From assembly GCF_006345805.1 (NCBI RefSeq), contig NC_043007.1, forward strand, positions 54,250,001 through 54,314,000: 64,000 nt of DNA. Direction: 5' to 3'. Within the stretch, counting starts at the first letter, position 1. Each line of letters starts with the position of its first letter. Of this stretch, positions 59,940 to 64,000 are shown one piece after another. This DNA is from Octopus sinensis. Its lineage: Eukaryota. The notes under the pieces were generated by a model. It was not told the DNA's origin and did not search any database. It saw nothing but the letters and a program-made list of their open reading frames with translations. The position numbers and the translations under genes are program-made.

Positions 59940-62155
59940 CAGTTATTCAGAATGAAAATCATTCATACACACGTGCTAAAAGCAGATGGCTCATAATTGA
60001 ATGATGTTGTTTCATTCACAGATAACTGCTTGGAGATGGCTTTTTTAAATATGATATAATGGAGACAAATCATTCACAGAAATCAAATGTAAATGAGTTA
60101 TTCACAGATAACAGAATAGAAATACAGCATTTACACATAATAGATTGAAAGTGGCTTAATAGTAAATAGTAGAATGGAGATGGCTCATACACATACACCA
60201 GAATGAATAAAGCTCATTCACAAAAAACGGAAACTATATTGTTCATCAGAGAATGGAAATAGCACATTCTCATGTAACAGAATAGAAATATGTCTTTCAC
60301 ACATATCAGAATGGAAATGAACCATTCACACATAACAGAATGGACAGGATTCTTCCACATATAACAGACCAGATGTAGACTGGAGATGACTCCTTCACTC
60401 ATAACAGAATGGAGATGGATCATTCACACATAACAGAATGTAAATTGCTCATTTACGCATAACAGAATGGAGATGGCACATTCACACAGAAGAAAATTAA
60501 GATAGCTCATTCATGTACATCTGAATGAAGATGGTCCATGCACATACATCTGGATCATTTACATATAAGAGAATTGAGATAATTCCACACATGGCAGAAT
60601 GGGAATGAATCATGGACACATAACATAAATGGAGATGGCTCGTTCTCACATAATGGAATGGAAATGAATCATTCACACATAAACAATGGAGATAGTCCAT
60701 TCAAATATAACAGAATGGAGATGACTCGTTCACATGTAGCAAGACTTGAAACTGAGTTATCAAATTACAAATGTTAATTCATACACAGCACAACTTTGTT
60801 CATATAAGAGGTCAAATTTTTTTTTACAAATCAGCAGCCAGAATTCATGTGATAGGTTTTTATAGATGCTTCTGGATGTCACAATACAAGGGTTATATAA
60901 AGGCTTGCTTTTAGTGCCAAGTTACCAAGTGTGTGGTAACCTGCATTCCAGCTCCACACGCTCTCTTGCTGTTTATAATAATCATTTTCACAACTTTCTG
61001 GTTATGTTGTTATAGTTGGTCAATATGAATCTACTGTGCATATTTTCTCTTGTCTTGATAAACTTCAGTACAGATCTTTTGTAATCAAGAATCTTTGAAT
61101 ACAACTGAATTATTCCTTCAATTGTGTTGACTTGTTGTGGAACTTTATAATTCACAACCAACTTCAATATTACTTGTGCAGTGAAATAACAGTTACTATT
61201 AAATGCATAAGATCCAACCAATGCACACATAACAGAATGGAGAGGGCTGTTTCACATGTAACAAAATGGAGAGAAGTCATTCACATATAGCAGAATGGAG
61301 ATGACTTGTTTACACTTAACAATATGATGGCTCATTGAAATATAATAGAATGGAGACATCTTTTTTCCAGATAAGAGATTGAAGGTAAATCACTTTCTTA
61401 TAAGAAACGGCAGATTTTTTTTTGTACACAACAGAACAGAGATATTCACATTCACACATAACAAAATGGGAATAACTTATTCACCCATAACAGAATTGAG
61501 GTAACTCATTCACATATACAATAATGGATTTGGTCATTCACATATAACACAATGGACATGTTTGGTGTAAGTAATTCACACATAACAGAGATGGATGATT
61601 CACACGTAACAGAATGACAGTGGCTTATTCACTCATAACAGAATTGTCAGGGTTCTTTCATACATAAGAAAGTGGAGGTTAGTCATTCACATATAGAAAC
61701 TAGAGATGGTTCATTTGCAACCAAATGTATGGAGATGGTGCATTCATACACAGAATGAAAGAGATGCTACATTAACATAAAGAAAAGATAGTGTCGTTTA
61801 AACATAAGTGTATGGAGATCAGTCATTCACACAAAAGAGAATGGACATGGGTCATTCACATTTAACAGAATGGTGATGTTCATATATAACCAAATGGAAA
61901 TGTGTCAGTCACACATATCAAAAGGGAAATTGCTCATGTGCATATTTGAGAAAGGAGATGAGTCGTTCAAGTAAAACAGAATGGAGATGAGTCCTTCTCA
62001 CATATCAGAATGGAGATAGTTCATTCACATATAAAACAGTTATGATGAATCATTGACATATAACAGAATGACAGTGACTCATTCATGCACAACAGAATGA
62101 GCCTCTGCTCCAGGGTGAGGATGGATAAGGCTCATTCACGCATAAGAGAGTAGAA
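59940..62155. repeat. Degenerate 29-bp minisatellite in two blocks (59940-60742, 61222-62155)
   Basis: ATAACAGAAT at 60401, 60430 and 60459; consensus CATTCACACATAACAGAATGGAGATGGCT. Confidence 0.88.
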
Positions 62156-64000
62156 ATAAATTGTTCTTCAATCAAGAGCACAGTTACTATTCTCACACTC
62201 TACTCATTTTAGTGTTTTCCAGTAATTTCACAAACATCTGTCCTTTTACCTGTGTGGTAAATCTTATTTGTAGAACATAGAAAAAAGATCACATTTTTGC
62301 TTAATTATTCTATAACTTATCCTTGTATGCTTTAATTACTCCCCATATTAACTTCTCTGCTAAATGTGTAACTCTAACCTTCTATATCTAATCTGTAATC
62401 CACCAAACTGAAATTAAACTTATGTTCATAGCTAGTAAAGTACCTTTCTATCTCACTACTTGCACACAGTACATAAACATTCATCTACATTCTAACATCT
62501 CATCAAACCTACTTCCATTGTACCAATAGTAGTGAAATACAAAAACAAAAACAAAAACAAACAGCAACTTTCCAGATAGTATTCAGTTGAATCAGTATTC
62601 AACTCAAATCTTGTTCATTGACAGAGATTCATCCAAAAACAATCTACAGTATACTGTTACCCACTATCCCTCACTGATTCTTCTTACTCTTACTGTTTCT
62701 GCTGCTCCCTTGAACTAACAAATCTCTACCTTCTCCAACTGTGGTCCACCCATTTCTCTCTCCTCTAAATTTCCCTACTGTTTCTCATCTCTGTTCTCAT
62801 CCTGCTTTCAACAATTTTTCCACTCTTTCTTCCACAGAGCAACAGTTATTTGGAATCCCTCTCCACCTTAATTTTTCTTCCAAAATTAACCTACAGAAAG
62901 TGAACATCAGCTGAATCAGTCACATCAGTATGTAATGTAGAGCCTACATAGGCCCAAAGAGCTACTCTTTTCCTTTTAATTAATTTGTTTTTAATTGTCA
63001 GATATTTTGAAGCTAGTATTAACATCCATCATTATTTTAGCACTGTTAATCCTTAAAGACTTGGCTTTTAGATTTGTTTATGTCAAAATTCTAATACCAA
63101 TATTTTTGTATTTTTTCCATGTGAAGAAGCTATTGCAGAAAATGTATCTAGTTTGAATAACTTTGGGCAAAATAAGTGTAATAATAGTTAAAACACCAAG
63201 AGAGGAGGTGGGGGAGGAACAGAAAGGGGAAGAGAAGATGGAGGAGGAGAGATGCATTGGGTGATCTACAAGGGAAATGGTAGGTAGCTTATTAATTCCA
63301 AAGAACAGCACATTGTAATAAAGGAAGTTTATGAAATAATTTTAAACATCCATTAGTAGTTTGTAAAAGCTAGTTTGCTGAGAGTGCTCTTCTATTGAGA
63401 GTAATTGTGATGATAATGATGTTGAAAAGAAAAAAAAAAAGAAAAAAACCCAACCCAAATCTAATGGCACCAATGTGACTAATTGTTATAAAAGCGCAAA
63501 CAAAAGAAATAAAACAGATCCATTGGTTGATATGAAAATTACTAAATAGTATAATGTATCTGTGTATATGTATGTCAATGTGTGTGTGTGTGTGTGTGTG
63601 TGTTAAAATATATCAGGTTTTGACAGCAGTTTCAATATTGACAAGTTAGTGAAAGCACAATAAATAATAAGAGGTTAAGATGGACAGCATCAGATATATT
63701 TTAATCGGTGAGTAAACACTTGTATTTTTATCTTAATTTTCATTTTAAGGGAAATACTACTAAACTTATTGATAACAATAATATTTTATTAACCACTTTA
63801 TTATTAGTATGAAATATCATTCACAAGCATTAGCAAGGCAGTGAAGATTGAAACAGTAAAGTGTGTAAGTCATTTTGGGTCTCTGCTACAAATGATTATG
63901 TTTTTCATTACAAATTTTCAATAAGAACCAGTAATACTGTGGAGGATCCTTTCATCTGAACCTCCTTCCATTCTAATAATTCACCTCATGTAATTTATCT

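Noticed and set aside
62895-62935. Possible plus-strand micro-exon after a pyrimidine tract (CTACAG..GTATGT)
   Set aside because: Splice-like signals alone are common in AT-rich DNA; peptide not recognisable

Overview
Eukaryotic, AT-rich, repeat-saturated animal DNA. The SINE/LINE families and huge (TA)n/(CATA)n arrays look cephalopod (Octopus-like); this is an inference. I cannot support any host protein-coding gene, real tRNA or CRISPR array here. The window is a nested transposon graveyard. It holds RTE LINEs (four large copies plus fragments) with a PHD-type finger inside the RT region and stem-loop arrays in the 3' UTR. It also holds CR1-clade LINEs, three Tx1/L1-clade elements, two restriction-like-endonuclease LINE fragments (HERO-like, R4-like) and Penelope-like remnants. 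The rest includes four solo LTRs, a Gypsy pol relic, an internally deleted piggyBac, a mariner 5' end, Helitron 3' ends, a foldback MITE, several tRNA-derived SINEs, a decayed 28S rRNA fragment, a 29-bp minisatellite and a 100-N gap. The long Y/I/H/M-rich ORFs in the track are microsatellite artefacts. Best leads: (1) a non-coding direct-repeat element (34.8-36.9 kb) whose repeats carry all hammerhead core motifs with complementary stems I and III, but in a non-canonical strand order; (2) two Tx1-type elements inserted one after the other at the same ACATGGAGGAAA site inside an older Tx1 ORF1, one of them an ORF1-only (HAL1-like) element sharing the autonomous element's 3' end; (3) the PHD finger and the covarying stem-loop array of the RTE family.
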